Of a stretch of 64,000 bases of DNA, positions 46,667 through 56,826 are shown one piece after another. The position numbers and the translations under genes were made by a program. The notes under the pieces are model-generated. The model did no database searches. It was given only the letters and a program-made list of their open reading frames with translations, and was not told the origin of the DNA. Each line of letters starts with the position of its first letter. Within the stretch, counting starts at the first letter, position 1. Origin of the DNA: Deltaproteobacteria bacterium (GTDB taxonomy: Bacteria > Myxococcota_A > Polyangia > Polyangiales > Houyiibacteriaceae); the NCBI GenBank assembly GCA_034670305.1, contig JAXMNT010000026.1, positions 40,529 to 104,528 of the forward strand, written 5' to 3'.

Positions 46667-47686
46667 TCAGTGTGCAGGCTCGGCCGCGTCCCCGAGCCGG
46701 TCGACCGCCCTGGCCAAGCTCGCTCCGGACGTGGGGAGCAGGCGGGTCGCCTCGCGTTGATCGCTCGAGCCGACCCAGATCGCGCCCGTCGGCCCAGCCT
46801 CTACCCGCCCCACCCTGACCTCGCCGAGAAGCGCATCGCGCATGCCGTAGAGGCGGGCTCCACAGACGGGCTCCGATTCGGCCAGGTCCGGAGCGCCGCC
46901 CTCTCCGAGCGCCCCCTCCACCGAGAGCCCGAAGATCGCCCGCATCAACCGGTCGTAGTCCCGGCGACGGGTCTCCGGCGCCGCGGAATCGACCCAGCGG
47001 GCGCGCGCCGAACGACGCTCGAGCTGGGTGAGCTGAAGCGTCTCTCCGCCCACCTCGATCTCAGCACGCACCGCATCGTTTGGCGAGACCAGCAGCAAAC
47101 GACGCTCGACCAGCCGCATCTCGGCGATCTCGAGCTCGTTGAGCAACGTACCGTCGACGAGAAGCACGTCGCCATCATGGCGCACGTACCGAGACGCGCT
47201 GCCATAGGCGCCGATGCCGATCGCGTACTCGTGGGTGCTGCCATCGCAGCGGACACTCAACGTGGCGTTGTCCGCCGATGCCCCGAGCCCCACGGCGCGC
47301 GCCTGCGTTTCGTCCAGCGTGCCGATGTCGCGGATCGCCACGAGCTGGAAGTCCGACGCGACCTCCTCCGCCCGCTCGTTGCCTCGCAGCCGCGCGGCCC
47401 GAAGTCGGCCGGCGCCGGCTTGCTCAGACCCGTGCGGCCCGACGTCCCGAGGCGCGCCGACTTCGAGGTCGATCCACACCCGCTCCCCCTCGGTCGTCAG
47501 CGCCACACTCCGGTCCCCGTTCTGATAGCGCAGCTCGGTCAGTTGCTCACAGCGGAGCACCACACTCGATCCTGGCGCCTGCGGCCCAGGTCCCTCGGCC
47601 CCCGCCCAGGCGAACACACCGAGACAGATCGCGGCCACGCCGACGTGCAGACCAAAACGCGGGACCTCTGCCAAATCGCGCGTCAC
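46667..47686 (-). CDS. DUF4340-like periplasmic accessory protein of a Gld-like ABC module
   Basis: GTG 47686 overlapping upstream TGA; N-terminal TM; ..GL.....TL.V.......IG....G..RYVR pattern; position after GldG-like gene. Confidence 0.55.
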   Translation of the reverse strand: MTRDLAEVPRFGLHVGVAAICLGVFAWAGAEGPGPQAPGSSVVLRCEQLTELRYQNGDRSVALTTEGERVWIDLEVGAPRDVGPHGSEQAGAGRLRAARLRGNERAEEVASDFQLVAIRDIGTLDETQARAVGLGASADNATLSVRCDGSTHEYAIGIGAYGSASRYVRHDGDVLLVDGTLLNELEIAEMRLVERRLLLVSPNDAVRAEIEVGGETLQLTQLERRSARARWVDSAAPETRRRDYDRLMRAIFGLSVEGALGEGGAPDLAESEPVCGARLYGMRDALLGEVRVGRVEAGPTGAIWVGSSDQREATRLLPTSGASLARAVDRLGDAAEPAH

Positions 47687-49686
47687 TCTTCTTCCCTCGA
47701 ATCCGAAACCACATCGCCGCTCACTGCGGCTGTCTCTGCGGCTGTCTCCGCCGCTGTCTCTGCGGCTGTCTCTGCGGCTGTCTCTGCGGCTGTCTCTGCG
47801 GCTGTCTCTGCGGCTGTCTCTGCGGCTGTCTCTGCCGCTGTGTCCGACCTCCCCGCCTTGCGGAGGGTCCGCGCGCGACGCCGTCGACGACTTCGCCAGA
47901 GGCCGATGAGCAACAAGGGCAGCGGACCACCAAAGCTCGTGGCCCAAAAGAAGAGCCGCTCGCCTTCAGGACTGTGCTCCACCGGCCGGTCCTCTTCGCT
48001 CGTCGTCACGCCCACGATCACCCGGTCGTTGCCGTGGCCCTCGAGCAGCCATTGGAGCGACGCGCCCACCAACTCGAAGTTGGCGCGCGTCGTGAGCGAA
48101 CCGTCGCTCGCGATCGAGCCGTCGCCGACCACCACGATCCGTCCATCGCGTCGCCCGCTCGTCCGCTCGGTGCCAACCGCGAGCACGGTGGCCGCTGCCG
48201 CCGCTTCGTCGGGGCCGCGCTCGAGGTCTCCGTTCAAATCGTGCCAGGTGTCCGCCTCGGTGCGGAGTGGGAAGACCAACCGCCGCGTCGCACCCACGGC
48301 TGCTTCGAGCGGACGCAGTTCGTTCGCGCGATCGAACAGGACGGCGCTCCGTTGTCGACGGAGTGGCGCAACCACCGGATGGTCGCTCGCCGCCTTCGCC
48401 AGAATGCGCACGCGGTCGGCCGCGTCGTGGCTCCGCGACACGTGGTTGCGTTCGCTCGCGAGCACGCCCGGCACGAGGCCCACGCCGAGCGCCGCGGGCA
48501 GACAACCAACCGGCGACATCTCTTCGTCGAACGCCGCAAAGACCCGCCCTCCGGACGCGACGTAGCGCTCGACGGCGCTGCACTCTTCTTCGGAGAACGC
48601 ATGCCGCGGACCGAGGATGACCACCAGCGGCACCGCCGGGGCGATCTCCGAACCGAGGCCGCGGCCGAGGCCGAGGCTGCGCACCGCCACGTGGCTCCGG
48701 CGAAGGGTCCGCACGAAGGTGTCGATGCGCTCTTCGGACGCGGCCTCCGCGCCGCCTTGCCCGCGCTCGCCGTGACCCGTGGTGAGGTGGACCTCGCGGG
48801 TGCGCTGGGTGAGGCGGCTCAGTGCTTCGAGCACACGTCCGTCCAGCGTCCGAAGCCGCGAGCGCGCGATCGCCAGGTCGAGTCCGACCTCGACCTGTTC
48901 CGCGCGGTCCTCGTCGAGCGAGAGTAGGACGTAGCCGTCCGACGGCACCCGGTGTTGCCGCGTCAGTTCCGGCGAGAGCGCGTGTTCGAGCCGCTCGACG
49001 TGCACGCGCGGGTTCAGATCGGCGAGCCGATCGAAGTAGGGCCGCACCCGCTCGTACACGTCTTGTCGGCTCGGATAGAAGAGCCGGATGTCCAGGTCAT
49101 CGGGCAGATCCGCGACGAGACGCGCCGTGGTCTCGCTCGGCTCGGTGACCTTGAGCAGCGACACATCGATTTTCACATCCCGGAGACCAGCGGCCGCGAC
49201 AAGGGCGCATGCGGCGACGAGGTTCAACCCGGCGGCCCCGCCGCGCAGCCCGGCGTACCGCACCCGTTCGAGCGGCGCTTCCGGACTGTGCGCGATCGAG
49301 TACCAAGCCCGCGCCGCGGCCACGAGGCCGAGCGACCCCACGACCAGCACCGCGGCGGCCACGAACCCGAGCGTTCGATCGAGCCAGTGCCCAGGCGCCA
49401 CCCCGAGGAGATCCAACCCCGCATCGGTCGACGCCGCATGAGCCAAGAGCCCGGCGACGACGACGAGCTGGAGCGCAGGCATCGTGGCCGTGGTCGGTCG
49501 ATCGGGCCGCCGGGCCTTCCACCAGGCGAGCCATGCGGCGCCTGCAGACACCCCCACCGTCCACCCGGCGAACCTCGCCAAGGTCGGCGCCTGCAGTCCG
49601 TAGGTCGCGAGCGCCGCCACGGCGACGGCCGCGACGGAGATCCCAGCCGCCATCCGCTGCTGCGCTTCGTGAGAGCGCGGGATCAC
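47683..49686 (-). CDS. GldG-like ABC transporter auxiliary membrane protein
   Basis: GTG 49686 (GTGA overlap); N-terminal TM helices, PS..T..LV..L, TTGHGE, LVVILGP, GRIVVVGD, N.ELV..SLQWL, C-terminal TM. Confidence 0.75.
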   Translation of the reverse strand: MIPRSHEAQQRMAAGISVAAVAVAALATYGLQAPTLARFAGWTVGVSAGAAWLAWWKARRPDRPTTATMPALQLVVVAGLLAHAASTDAGLDLLGVAPGHWLDRTLGFVAAAVLVVGSLGLVAAARAWYSIAHSPEAPLERVRYAGLRGGAAGLNLVAACALVAAAGLRDVKIDVSLLKVTEPSETTARLVADLPDDLDIRLFYPSRQDVYERVRPYFDRLADLNPRVHVERLEHALSPELTRQHRVPSDGYVLLSLDEDRAEQVEVGLDLAIARSRLRTLDGRVLEALSRLTQRTREVHLTTGHGERGQGGAEAASEERIDTFVRTLRRSHVAVRSLGLGRGLGSEIAPAVPLVVILGPRHAFSEEECSAVERYVASGGRVFAAFDEEMSPVGCLPAALGVGLVPGVLASERNHVSRSHDAADRVRILAKAASDHPVVAPLRRQRSAVLFDRANELRPLEAAVGATRRLVFPLRTEADTWHDLNGDLERGPDEAAAAATVLAVGTERTSGRRDGRIVVVGDGSIASDGSLTTRANFELVGASLQWLLEGHGNDRVIVGVTTSEEDRPVEHSPEGERLFFWATSFGGPLPLLLIGLWRSRRRRRARTLRKAGRSDTAAETAAETAAETAAETAAETAAETAAETAAETAAETAAVSGDVVSDSREEE
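47724..47843. repeat. 12-nt tandem repeat x10 (ctgcggctgtct) encoding (TAAE)n in the GldG-like tail
   Basis: Directly visible. Confidence 0.95.
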
Positions 49687-50402
49687 GATCGTCTCCGGCT
49701 GGCAAACGCGCGCACGGCGAACGACAAGACGAGGGTGGTGCACACCAGGTAATAGGCGACGTCGGCGAGCGAGAAGATGCCCCGCCGGAGGTTCTGTCCC
49801 CGGCCCCACACGGGCGCGAGATCGCGCAACAGTCCCCGCCACGGCGGCGAGGTCGTCGTGGCGACGTAGTACCCGAGTTCGAGCATCGCGAGCACGCCCG
49901 CGGTCGCGAGCGCGGCGGTGAGGGGGCGACGGGTGAGCGCCGCCATCCAGCTGCCGATCGCGAGACCGAGCGCGCCGACGAGCAGGATGCTCGCGTACCC
50001 GGTGGCGATGTGCGCCAGCGACACGTGGCCGTTCACGAAGATGAGCGCGGGGAGGTACAGGGTCGCGAGGGTGATGCCACCGAGCCAGAGCATCGCCGCG
50101 GTGAACCGCCCCAGCACCAGTTCCACATCGCCCAGCGGGAGCGAACGCCAGAGCGGTGCTTCGCGCTCGTCGAGTTGCAACCGCATCGTAAGCAGCACCG
50201 CGAGCGCCTCAGTCAGAAAAGAGGCATTGAGCAGGAATATCTCGAGCACCCAGGAGGACGGACGACGTTCGCTCCCCATGGCGACACCGTTGAGCTGCAG
50301 CGCGTCGAGCGAGAGCACGAGGGCCGCCACCAGCCAGCCCATCGGGGTGCGGGCGTAGGCGCCGACCTCGCGCCGAACGATGGCGCCGAAGCGGGCGTTC
50401 AC
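49683..50402 (-). CDS. ABC-2 type permease (GldF-like)
   Basis: AIVRREVGAY..TPMGW, LLTMR, multiple TM helices, RGIFSLADVAYY. Confidence 0.8.
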   Translation of the reverse strand: MNARFGAIVRREVGAYARTPMGWLVAALVLSLDALQLNGVAMGSERRPSSWVLEIFLLNASFLTEALAVLLTMRLQLDEREAPLWRSLPLGDVELVLGRFTAAMLWLGGITLATLYLPALIFVNGHVSLAHIATGYASILLVGALGLAIGSWMAALTRRPLTAALATAGVLAMLELGYYVATTTSPPWRGLLRDLAPVWGRGQNLRRGIFSLADVAYYLVCTTLVLSFAVRAFASRRRS

Positions 50403-51346
50403 GAAGCGCCCTCCGCATCCGGGTCCAGGAGAAAACTCTGGAACACGGCTTCGAGTGCGTCGTGTTCGGCGCGAAGACCAAGCAGGTCGACGTTCAGGCC
50501 GACCAGTGCGCGCACCAGTTCCGCGCGCCGGTCTTCGTCGGTCTCGAGCTCGAGCCGGTGACCACCCGAAACCGCATGGGCTTCGAACGACACGCAGTGG
50601 GGTCGAAACGCAGCTTCGACGCGGTCGATGTCGGCCGGGCCGATATGCATCCTCAACCGGCGGCTCTGGAGCGAGGCAAACTCGTCGTAGGTACCGCGCG
50701 CGGCGAGTCGGCCCTCGTGCAACACGAGGAGCCGGTCGCAGGTCTTGGCGATCTCCCCGAGGATGTGCGTGCTCAGAACGACGGTGGGGTTGCCATGCAG
50801 GTGTCGGATCCGCTCGCGCAGTTCCACGATCTGCATCGGGTCGAGTCCCTGCATCGGTTCGTCGAGCACCACCACGTCCGGTTGGTGCACGAGCGCCTGG
50901 GCGAGGCCGACCCGCTGACGGTAGCCGTGGCTGAGCGCCGCGACGGGCTCGGTCGCCACCTCACCGAGCGCGCACGACTCGAGCACTTCCGCGACGTGGC
51001 GCCTGCGCTGGTCCCGCGGGACACACCTCAGCTCCGCGATGGTCGTGAGGTAGTGGGTGACCGAGAGCTCGTCGAAGAGCGGCGGACTGTCGGGGAGGTA
51101 GCCGACCTGGCGGCGCGCGACATTCGTGGCCGCAAGAGCGCCGCGGATGCGGAGCTCGCCACTCGTCGGCTGCAGCGCGCCGACCAGCATGCGGAGCATG
51201 GTCGACTTGCCCGCCCCATTGAGTCCGAGCAGCCCGACGATCTCTCCCGGCTGGATCTCGAACGAGACCTCGGCCACGGCCGCATGAGCACCGAACCACT
51301 TGGAGACGGACGTCGCTTGGATCGCTGGCGTGCGGGACTCGGCCAC
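50399..51346 (-). CDS. ABC transporter ATP-binding protein (GldA-like)
   Basis: GLNGAGKST, LSHGYRQR, VVLDEP, STH. Confidence 0.9.
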   Translation of the reverse strand: MAESRTPAIQATSVSKWFGAHAAVAEVSFEIQPGEIVGLLGLNGAGKSTMLRMLVGALQPTSGELRIRGALAATNVARRQVGYLPDSPPLFDELSVTHYLTTIAELRCVPRDQRRRHVAEVLESCALGEVATEPVAALSHGYRQRVGLAQALVHQPDVVVLDEPMQGLDPMQIVELRERIRHLHGNPTVVLSTHILGEIAKTCDRLLVLHEGRLAARGTYDEFASLQSRRLRMHIGPADIDRVEAAFRPHCVSFEAHAVSGGHRLELETDEDRRAELVRALVGLNVDLLGLRAEHDALEAVFQSFLLDPDAEGAS

Positions 51347-51349
51347 GCG

Positions 51350-51970
51350 CTACTCGAGCGGATCGTCGCCGAGCGAATAGGCGCGCAGCACGGCGCGCAC
51401 TTCCGCGCGCATGCCGCTGAGCTCGCTCGTCATTCCAGCTTCCAGAATGACGACCCCGACACCAGGGCAGTAGGTCGTGGCGATCTGGCGCCCGTCGGCG
51501 CCCCCGCTCTCTTCGATGCGGACGCAGCGGTCAAAGGTGCCGGCGGGCGTCGGGATGCGCTGGTCCACTGCGGCGATTCGCGCCGTGCGGCCTGAGCCCG
51601 CGTCCCAGGTGCGGCCCTCGCGGAGGGGGCCGTGGATCAGATAGGCCTGAGAGGCCGGCCGGTAGATCCCATCCTCGCGGACCTCGTACGTGACCGACTC
51701 GCCCCCATCGTTGCGGACTTCGTAGGTGTTCCCACGCCGCGACAAGACCCGCGAGATGGCGAGCGCCGGCTCGTGATCGTCCCCGATGTCGACGTCGAAC
51801 GACCACACCGCACCCTCGTGCAATGGATAGAGATCGGACGGGGTGACGGGCCCGGCCCCTTCCGACGCAGCAGCGCCCCCGCACGCGGCAAACAGCAGGG
51901 CCAAGAGCAACGGACGTCCCCCCGCGAAGACGGGCCCCAAAGACGACCTGGGTAGAATTTCTGAGTTCAT
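51350..51970 (-). CDS. Hypothetical beta-rich lipoprotein
   Basis: Lipobox FAA-C; YPL..G..W, TPAGTF..C, YCPGVGVV motifs. Confidence 0.7.
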   Translation of the reverse strand: MNSEILPRSSLGPVFAGGRPLLLALLFAACGGAAASEGAGPVTPSDLYPLHEGAVWSFDVDIGDDHEPALAISRVLSRRGNTYEVRNDGGESVTYEVREDGIYRPASQAYLIHGPLREGRTWDAGSGRTARIAAVDQRIPTPAGTFDRCVRIEESGGADGRQIATTYCPGVGVVILEAGMTSELSGMRAEVRAVLRAYSLGDDPLE

Positions 51971-52272
51971 GAGAGCACGTAGGTCCAGACGACGTAGGCG
52001 AAGAGAAGCAGGCAAAACACCAGCACCCCCACCTGAACGGGGTCGATGGAGGTGCGTCGGCGCAGCGCCAGCGCTGCCCGAGCCACCTCGGGGTCTTGAT
52101 GGGTGAGGAGCGATCGGGTCAAGACCCGCACCTGAGCGAAGTCTCCCACCTCGAACGCCCGCTGCGCAGCCTGGAGCGGAGAACTTGGGGATGCACCCTC
52201 AGTGGCGCCGGGCGGGCCGGACAGCTCACCAGCCGGCTCGGCGGCCCCTTGAGATTCGGGTTGGTCCGACAC
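51967..52272 (-). CDS. Small tail-anchored membrane protein
   Basis: GTG 52272; helical region then C-terminal TM VGVLVFCLLLFAYVVW; ATGA overlap. Confidence 0.6.
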   Translation of the reverse strand: MSDQPESQGAAEPAGELSGPPGATEGASPSSPLQAAQRAFEVGDFAQVRVLTRSLLTHQDPEVARAALALRRRTSIDPVQVGVLVFCLLLFAYVVWTYVLS

Positions 52273-52375
52273 CGCGCGAGCATAGCCCTGGGCGTCGTCG
52301 CTGCCAGCCCAGACCCCCGCGGGCGGGGGCCACAATCGGTCTTGATCCGGGCCCGATGGCTGGTAAGAGCAGAAT

Positions 52376-52822
52376 GTGACGGAGAAACATGGGGCGGAGC
52401 CAACCGTGCTGGTCGTGGAAGACGACGAGGACCTGCGCCTGATGATCGCCCGCGTCCTCCGCCACGAGGGCTACCAGGTCCGTGAGGCCGCCGACGGCCT
52501 CGAGGCGCTCGAACGCTGCGAGCCCATGCCCGACGTGATCCTGGCCGATCTGATGATGCCGCGGCTGGACGGAGAAGAGTTCCTGCGTGAGCTTCGGTCC
52601 CGCCATCCAGAGCTGAGCGTGCCCATCGTCTTGATCACCGCCAGCTCGGTGCGCGAAGAGGTGGCCGCCCGGCTGGCGGTGACCGCCAGCGTCGCCAAGC
52701 CGTTCGAAATCTACGAGCTGATGGATCTCGTCCGGGAGATGGCGCCGATCGGCCGGCCCTCGTCGCTTCCACCCACGCGTCCAAGCCGCTCTGGTTCCTC
52801 CAACCCACCTTCGAACACATGA
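52376..52822 (+). CDS. Single-domain response regulator
   Basis: VLVVEDD, DLMMP..DG, ITA, KPF. Confidence 0.9.
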   Translation: MTEKHGAEPTVLVVEDDEDLRLMIARVLRHEGYQVREAADGLEALERCEPMPDVILADLMMPRLDGEEFLRELRSRHPELSVPIVLITASSVREEVAARLAVTASVAKPFEIYELMDLVREMAPIGRPSSLPPTRPSRSGSSNPPSNT

Positions 52823-53637
52823 CGATTTTCCGGGCAGGCCTCTTCGACGACACCACCGCGATTGTCACCGGTGGAGGCACGGGCATCGGATTCGCGGTCG
52901 CGTCCGAGCTGGTGCAGCTGGGCGCGAACGTGTCGATCTGCGGACGTCGACCCGAACCGCTCGCCGAGAGCGCTGCGAAGCTCAAGGCGCTCCGGGCCGG
53001 CGCAGAAGTGCACCACGCAACCTGCGACATCCGAGAAGCGGACGCGATCGACGCCTACGTAGACGCGGCCGCCAAGGCCCTTGGCCGCATCGATGTCCTG
53101 GTGAACAACGCCGGGGGCCAGTTCCCGTCTCCGGCTGCGCAGCTGTCGCCGCGGGGGTTCGAAGCCGTCGTCCGGAACAACCTGCTCGGCACCTGGAACT
53201 TCACCCACTCGGTCGCCACCAAAGCGTTCATCCCGCAAAAGCGCGGCCGCATCGTGAACGTCATCGCGCAGGTCGCGCGCGGGTTCCCTGGCATGGTCCA
53301 CACCGGCGCCGCGCGCGCGGGCGTCGACAACATGACGAAGACGCTCGCGATCGAATGGAGCCAGTTCGGCGTCCGGGTCAACGCGGTCGCACCCGGCGTG
53401 ATCGAGACGAGCGGGACCAAGCAGTACCCACCCTCCTTGCTGGAAGACGCCAAGAAGGCCAACCCGCTCAAACGACTTGGCGGGGCCGAAGAAGTCGCGC
53501 ACTTGATCGTGTACCTCTGCTCCGCCCAGGCCGACTTCGTCACGGGCCAGACCTACTACATCGACGGTGGTGCGAGCTTGTGGGGCGACTCCTGGCCCAT
53601 CCCGGCCGAAGTGCCGCAGTTCCCACCGTACGAGTAA
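52819..53637 (+). CDS. SDR oxidoreductase (trans-2-enoyl-CoA reductase / AtuB-like)
   Basis: TGGGTGIG, VNNAGGQF, HTGAARAGV.N.TKTLA.EW, VTGQ...IDGG. Confidence 0.9.
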   Translation: MTIFRAGLFDDTTAIVTGGGTGIGFAVASELVQLGANVSICGRRPEPLAESAAKLKALRAGAEVHHATCDIREADAIDAYVDAAAKALGRIDVLVNNAGGQFPSPAAQLSPRGFEAVVRNNLLGTWNFTHSVATKAFIPQKRGRIVNVIAQVARGFPGMVHTGAARAGVDNMTKTLAIEWSQFGVRVNAVAPGVIETSGTKQYPPSLLEDAKKANPLKRLGGAEEVAHLIVYLCSAQADFVTGQTYYIDGGASLWGDSWPIPAEVPQFPPYE

Positions 53638-53650
53638 GGGGCCGCTGGCG

Positions 53651-53920
53651 GACAGACTCGGCGGCAGCGACAGACTCGGCGGCAGCGACAGACTCAGCGG
53701 CAGCGACAGACTCAGCGGCAGCGACAGGCCGACAGACTCGGCGGCAGCGACAGACTCAGCGGCAGCGACAGGCTCAGCGGCAGCGACAGACTCGGCGGCA
53801 GCGACAGGCTCAGCGGCAGCGACAGACTCAGCGGCAGCGACAGACTCAGCGGCAGCGACAGGCTCAGCGGCAGCGGCAGCGACCGGCTCAGCGGCAGCGA
53901 CAGGCTCAGCGGCAGCGACA
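53651..53920. repeat. 18-nt tandem repeat, about 14 copies (gcgacagactcagcggca consensus), between convergent genes
   Basis: Directly visible; units are contiguous with no spacers; one register break near 53728. Confidence 0.95.
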
Positions 53921-53952
53921 GGGGCAGCAACACTCAGCGGCTGGCGATGAGC

Positions 53953-55692
53953 CTACTCCACCAGGCGGCGCAGCCGCTCTGCCACGGCGCCCATGTTGCG
54001 GATGCGCTGTTCGCTCTGCTTGGTCAGACGCTGAATCCGGGACGCGGCGACCAAGGTCTGCTCGGAGCCCTTCGCTTGCGCGCGGTGCGACTGGTGCAGG
54101 TGGTTGACCATGTTGGAGATGTTCTCGATCGCCTGGCTGATCTGACGTCCGCCGCGCGCTTGCTCCTGGCTGGACCGCTCCACGTGCTGGGTGATGAGCC
54201 GCATCTTCTCCGCGCTCTTCATGATGAGCTCGCTGCCCCGCGCCTGCTCGGCGGTCGCGGCTGCGATCTGCTGCACCGTCTCCGCGATGCGGCCGATGGC
54301 ATCGGTCACCTGCTTGCTGCCCTTGGCCTGCTCCACCGTGGCGCGCGCGATCGCGCGCACCATGCTGGTCGACTTCTGGGAGGACGAGAGGATCTTCTTG
54401 AGCGCGCGCTCGGCTTCCGCACTGACCTTCACGCCGCTGTCGACGGTGGAGGCCCCGCGTTCCACCGCGACGATCGCGTTCTTCGACTCCGCCTGAATCG
54501 TCTTGATGAGCTCGGCGATCTCCTTGGTCGACGCGCCCGCCCGTTCCGCGAGATCCTTGATCTCGTCCGCGACGACCGCGAAGCCCTTGCCGTGTTCACC
54601 GGCCTGGGCCGCGATGATGGCGGCGTTGAGCGCGAGCAGGTTGGTCTGCTCGGCCACGTCGTCGATGACGTTGAGAATGTCGCCGATCGCTTCGATGCGG
54701 CTGCCGAGGTTCGAGATGACCGCGACCGCTTCGCTCGACGTCTCCTTGATTCGGTTGATCTCGTTGATGATCTTCAGGATCGACTCCGCGCCCTTTTCGG
54801 CGTCGACGGCGACCTCTTCGGAGAGCCGGGCGGTCTCGTTCGCGTTCGACTGCACCTGATCGATCGACACGTCCATCTCGTTCATCGACGAGCTGGTTTC
54901 TTCGGCCGTCAACGAAAGCGCGTCGACGTTCCGTGCGACCTCCTTGATCGAGTACGCCATCTCTTCGATCGAGGACACGGTCTCCCGCACCGACGCGGCG
55001 AGGTTCGCCATGTTCTCGGCCACTTCGTCGTTGGTCGCGGTCATCTCCAAGATGCTCGACGAAGACTCCTCGGCGCTGGACGCGAGGGCTTCGACGTTCT
55101 GGGCCAAGCCCATGAGCGCCTCACTCATGTCCCGCATCGAACTGGACGTCTGTTCGACCGCCGCCATCTGTTCGCCGAGTCCTCCCGAGATCTCGTCGAC
55201 GGTCTCCCGGATCACACCCTCGGCTTCCAAGACTTCGCGCTTGGCCGACTCGAGCTCGTGCTCCGCCTTCTTGCGGGCGGTGTTGACCTCGTCGAGCCGC
55301 GCCTCGAGGTCCGCCATCTTCTCACGCAGGCCCTGCGACTCGTCCTTCGCGGCTCGGGTCGCTTCGCCGTGTTGCTCCGAACGTTCTTCGACCGCGTCGG
55401 CGGCCTTGTCGAGCGCCTCGTAGACCGGCTCGGCTCCGTCCGGCAACTCGGCCGGGCGCTTGGGCCGCTGACCTCGCGCGACGTCGCGGGCCGCCGCCGC
55501 CAGCGGTCCGAGCGAGGGGCCCCGCACGCCGCCGGCCACGAAGAGCCCCGACACAAACGCCAGCGCACCGGCAAAGAGGGCACCTGCGAGGGGATTGGGC
55601 CCGTTCGCGATCCAAGCACCCACGCCGACGACGACGATGGCCCCGAACACACCCAATCCGAGGTTCTGGCTTCGCCTGATCCGTTCGAACAT
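53953..55692 (-). CDS. Methyl-accepting chemotaxis protein
   Basis: [40 protein letters not shown] signalling tip; two closely spaced N-terminal TM helices and HAMP-like segment. Confidence 0.95.
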   Translation of the reverse strand: MFERIRRSQNLGLGVFGAIVVVGVGAWIANGPNPLAGALFAGALAFVSGLFVAGGVRGPSLGPLAAAARDVARGQRPKRPAELPDGAEPVYEALDKAADAVEERSEQHGEATRAAKDESQGLREKMADLEARLDEVNTARKKAEHELESAKREVLEAEGVIRETVDEISGGLGEQMAAVEQTSSSMRDMSEALMGLAQNVEALASSAEESSSSILEMTATNDEVAENMANLAASVRETVSSIEEMAYSIKEVARNVDALSLTAEETSSSMNEMDVSIDQVQSNANETARLSEEVAVDAEKGAESILKIINEINRIKETSSEAVAVISNLGSRIEAIGDILNVIDDVAEQTNLLALNAAIIAAQAGEHGKGFAVVADEIKDLAERAGASTKEIAELIKTIQAESKNAIVAVERGASTVDSGVKVSAEAERALKKILSSSQKSTSMVRAIARATVEQAKGSKQVTDAIGRIAETVQQIAAATAEQARGSELIMKSAEKMRLITQHVERSSQEQARGGRQISQAIENISNMVNHLHQSHRAQAKGSEQTLVAASRIQRLTKQSEQRIRNMGAVAERLRRLVE

Positions 55693-55871
55693 CGCTTCTG
55701 TTTTCCTCGCGTCGTTGGCCGCCCCGAGGCGCGCTCAACTGCGTCTCCGAGACGCAACGTCCCGAAATTTCATCGGTTCAGGGTACGCCCGCGGGCCCAG
55801 CCCGATCAAGGAAACTGCGGACAAGCTGCAGGAGCCAGGCAACCCGCGTCCGGGGGACCCGAAGAGGCCGC

Positions 55872-56825
55872 ATGTGGCGACTTCTCCCCCTCTTCCTGGC
55901 CGGCGCCGCCTGCGCGCCGCCGCCTGCCTCCCTGCCTTCCGCGGCGATCGCGCTCAACCGCCGGGGGGTGGAAGCCCTCGAGGCCGGCCGGCTCGACGAC
56001 GCCGACGCCCGTTTTCGGCTCGCACTCGAGTACCACGGCCGATTCGCGGAACCGCGGGCGAACCTGGGCGTCGTGATGTTGCGGCGCGGCGACCTCACCC
56101 GGGCGGAGCAACACCTTCGGGCCGCCGTTCAGCTCAACCCCGAGTTCGACGAGGCGTGGTCCAACCTTGGCGTGGTCCTCGTCGGGCAGGGCGACCTCGA
56201 CGGGGCGGTCGATGCATTCGAGCGGGCCCTGGCGCTCGACCCAGGGCTCGTCGACGCGCGGCGCAACCTCGCCGATCTGTGGATGCGCACGGGCCGCTGG
56301 CGAGAGGCGCGCGCCCAGCTCTACCGCCTCGTGCAGTTGGTGCGCGCGGAAGCGCCGGTCGGACGTCGAAGCCGCGCGTTGCTCGCATACTGCGAACTGC
56401 GGCTGGAACGTCCGAGCGCAGCCCGGGTGCTGGCCGAAGACATCCTCGGTCACCACCCCGAGGACCCGGTGGCCAGGACCGTGCGCGGCGCACTGCATGT
56501 CCAGGCCGGTCGGTCCCACAGCGCGTTGCAGGATCTGGCGGCCGCAGAAGCCGATCCCGTGGTCGGATTCGATGCGCGCGTTCGCCTCGCGTCGGTGCGG
56601 CTCTCGATGGGCGACCTCGCGGTCTCGGCCCGCCGCATCCGGGCGCTTCTCGCCGAAGCCCCCGACCACGACGCCGTCCGGCTGCTCGCCGCGTGGCAAG
56701 CCGCCGGCGAGAGCCGATGGTCGGACGCGGTGCGACACGCCCGCGCGGTGCTCGAGCGCGCCGACGTGCCCGCCGGTCGCAGGGTGCTCGCGCTCGCGTG
56801 CTCGGAGGCCGACCTCTGCGACTGA
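55872..56825 (+). CDS. TPR-repeat lipoprotein
   Basis: Lipobox GAA-C; repeated NLG...G....A...A..L.P TPR units. Confidence 0.85.
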   Translation: MWRLLPLFLAGAACAPPPASLPSAAIALNRRGVEALEAGRLDDADARFRLALEYHGRFAEPRANLGVVMLRRGDLTRAEQHLRAAVQLNPEFDEAWSNLGVVLVGQGDLDGAVDAFERALALDPGLVDARRNLADLWMRTGRWREARAQLYRLVQLVRAEAPVGRRSRALLAYCELRLERPSAARVLAEDILGHHPEDPVARTVRGALHVQAGRSHSALQDLAAAEADPVVGFDARVRLASVRLSMGDLAVSARRIRALLAEAPDHDAVRLLAAWQAAGESRWSDAVRHARAVLERADVPAGRRVLALACSEADLCD

Positions 56826-56826
56826 G

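Noticed and set aside
52261-52273. TTGGTCCGACAC as a third FadR operator
   Set aside because: Right half-site is incomplete and it lies within a coding start; likely chance
53651-53920. Possible CRISPR array
   Set aside because: Units are 18 nt, contiguous and have no unique spacers; no cas genes in the window
53567-53950. Small ORFs (ATDSAA)n and (LSLP)n across the minisatellite
   Set aside because: Repeat-derived open frames with a register break and no RBS; no evidence of coding
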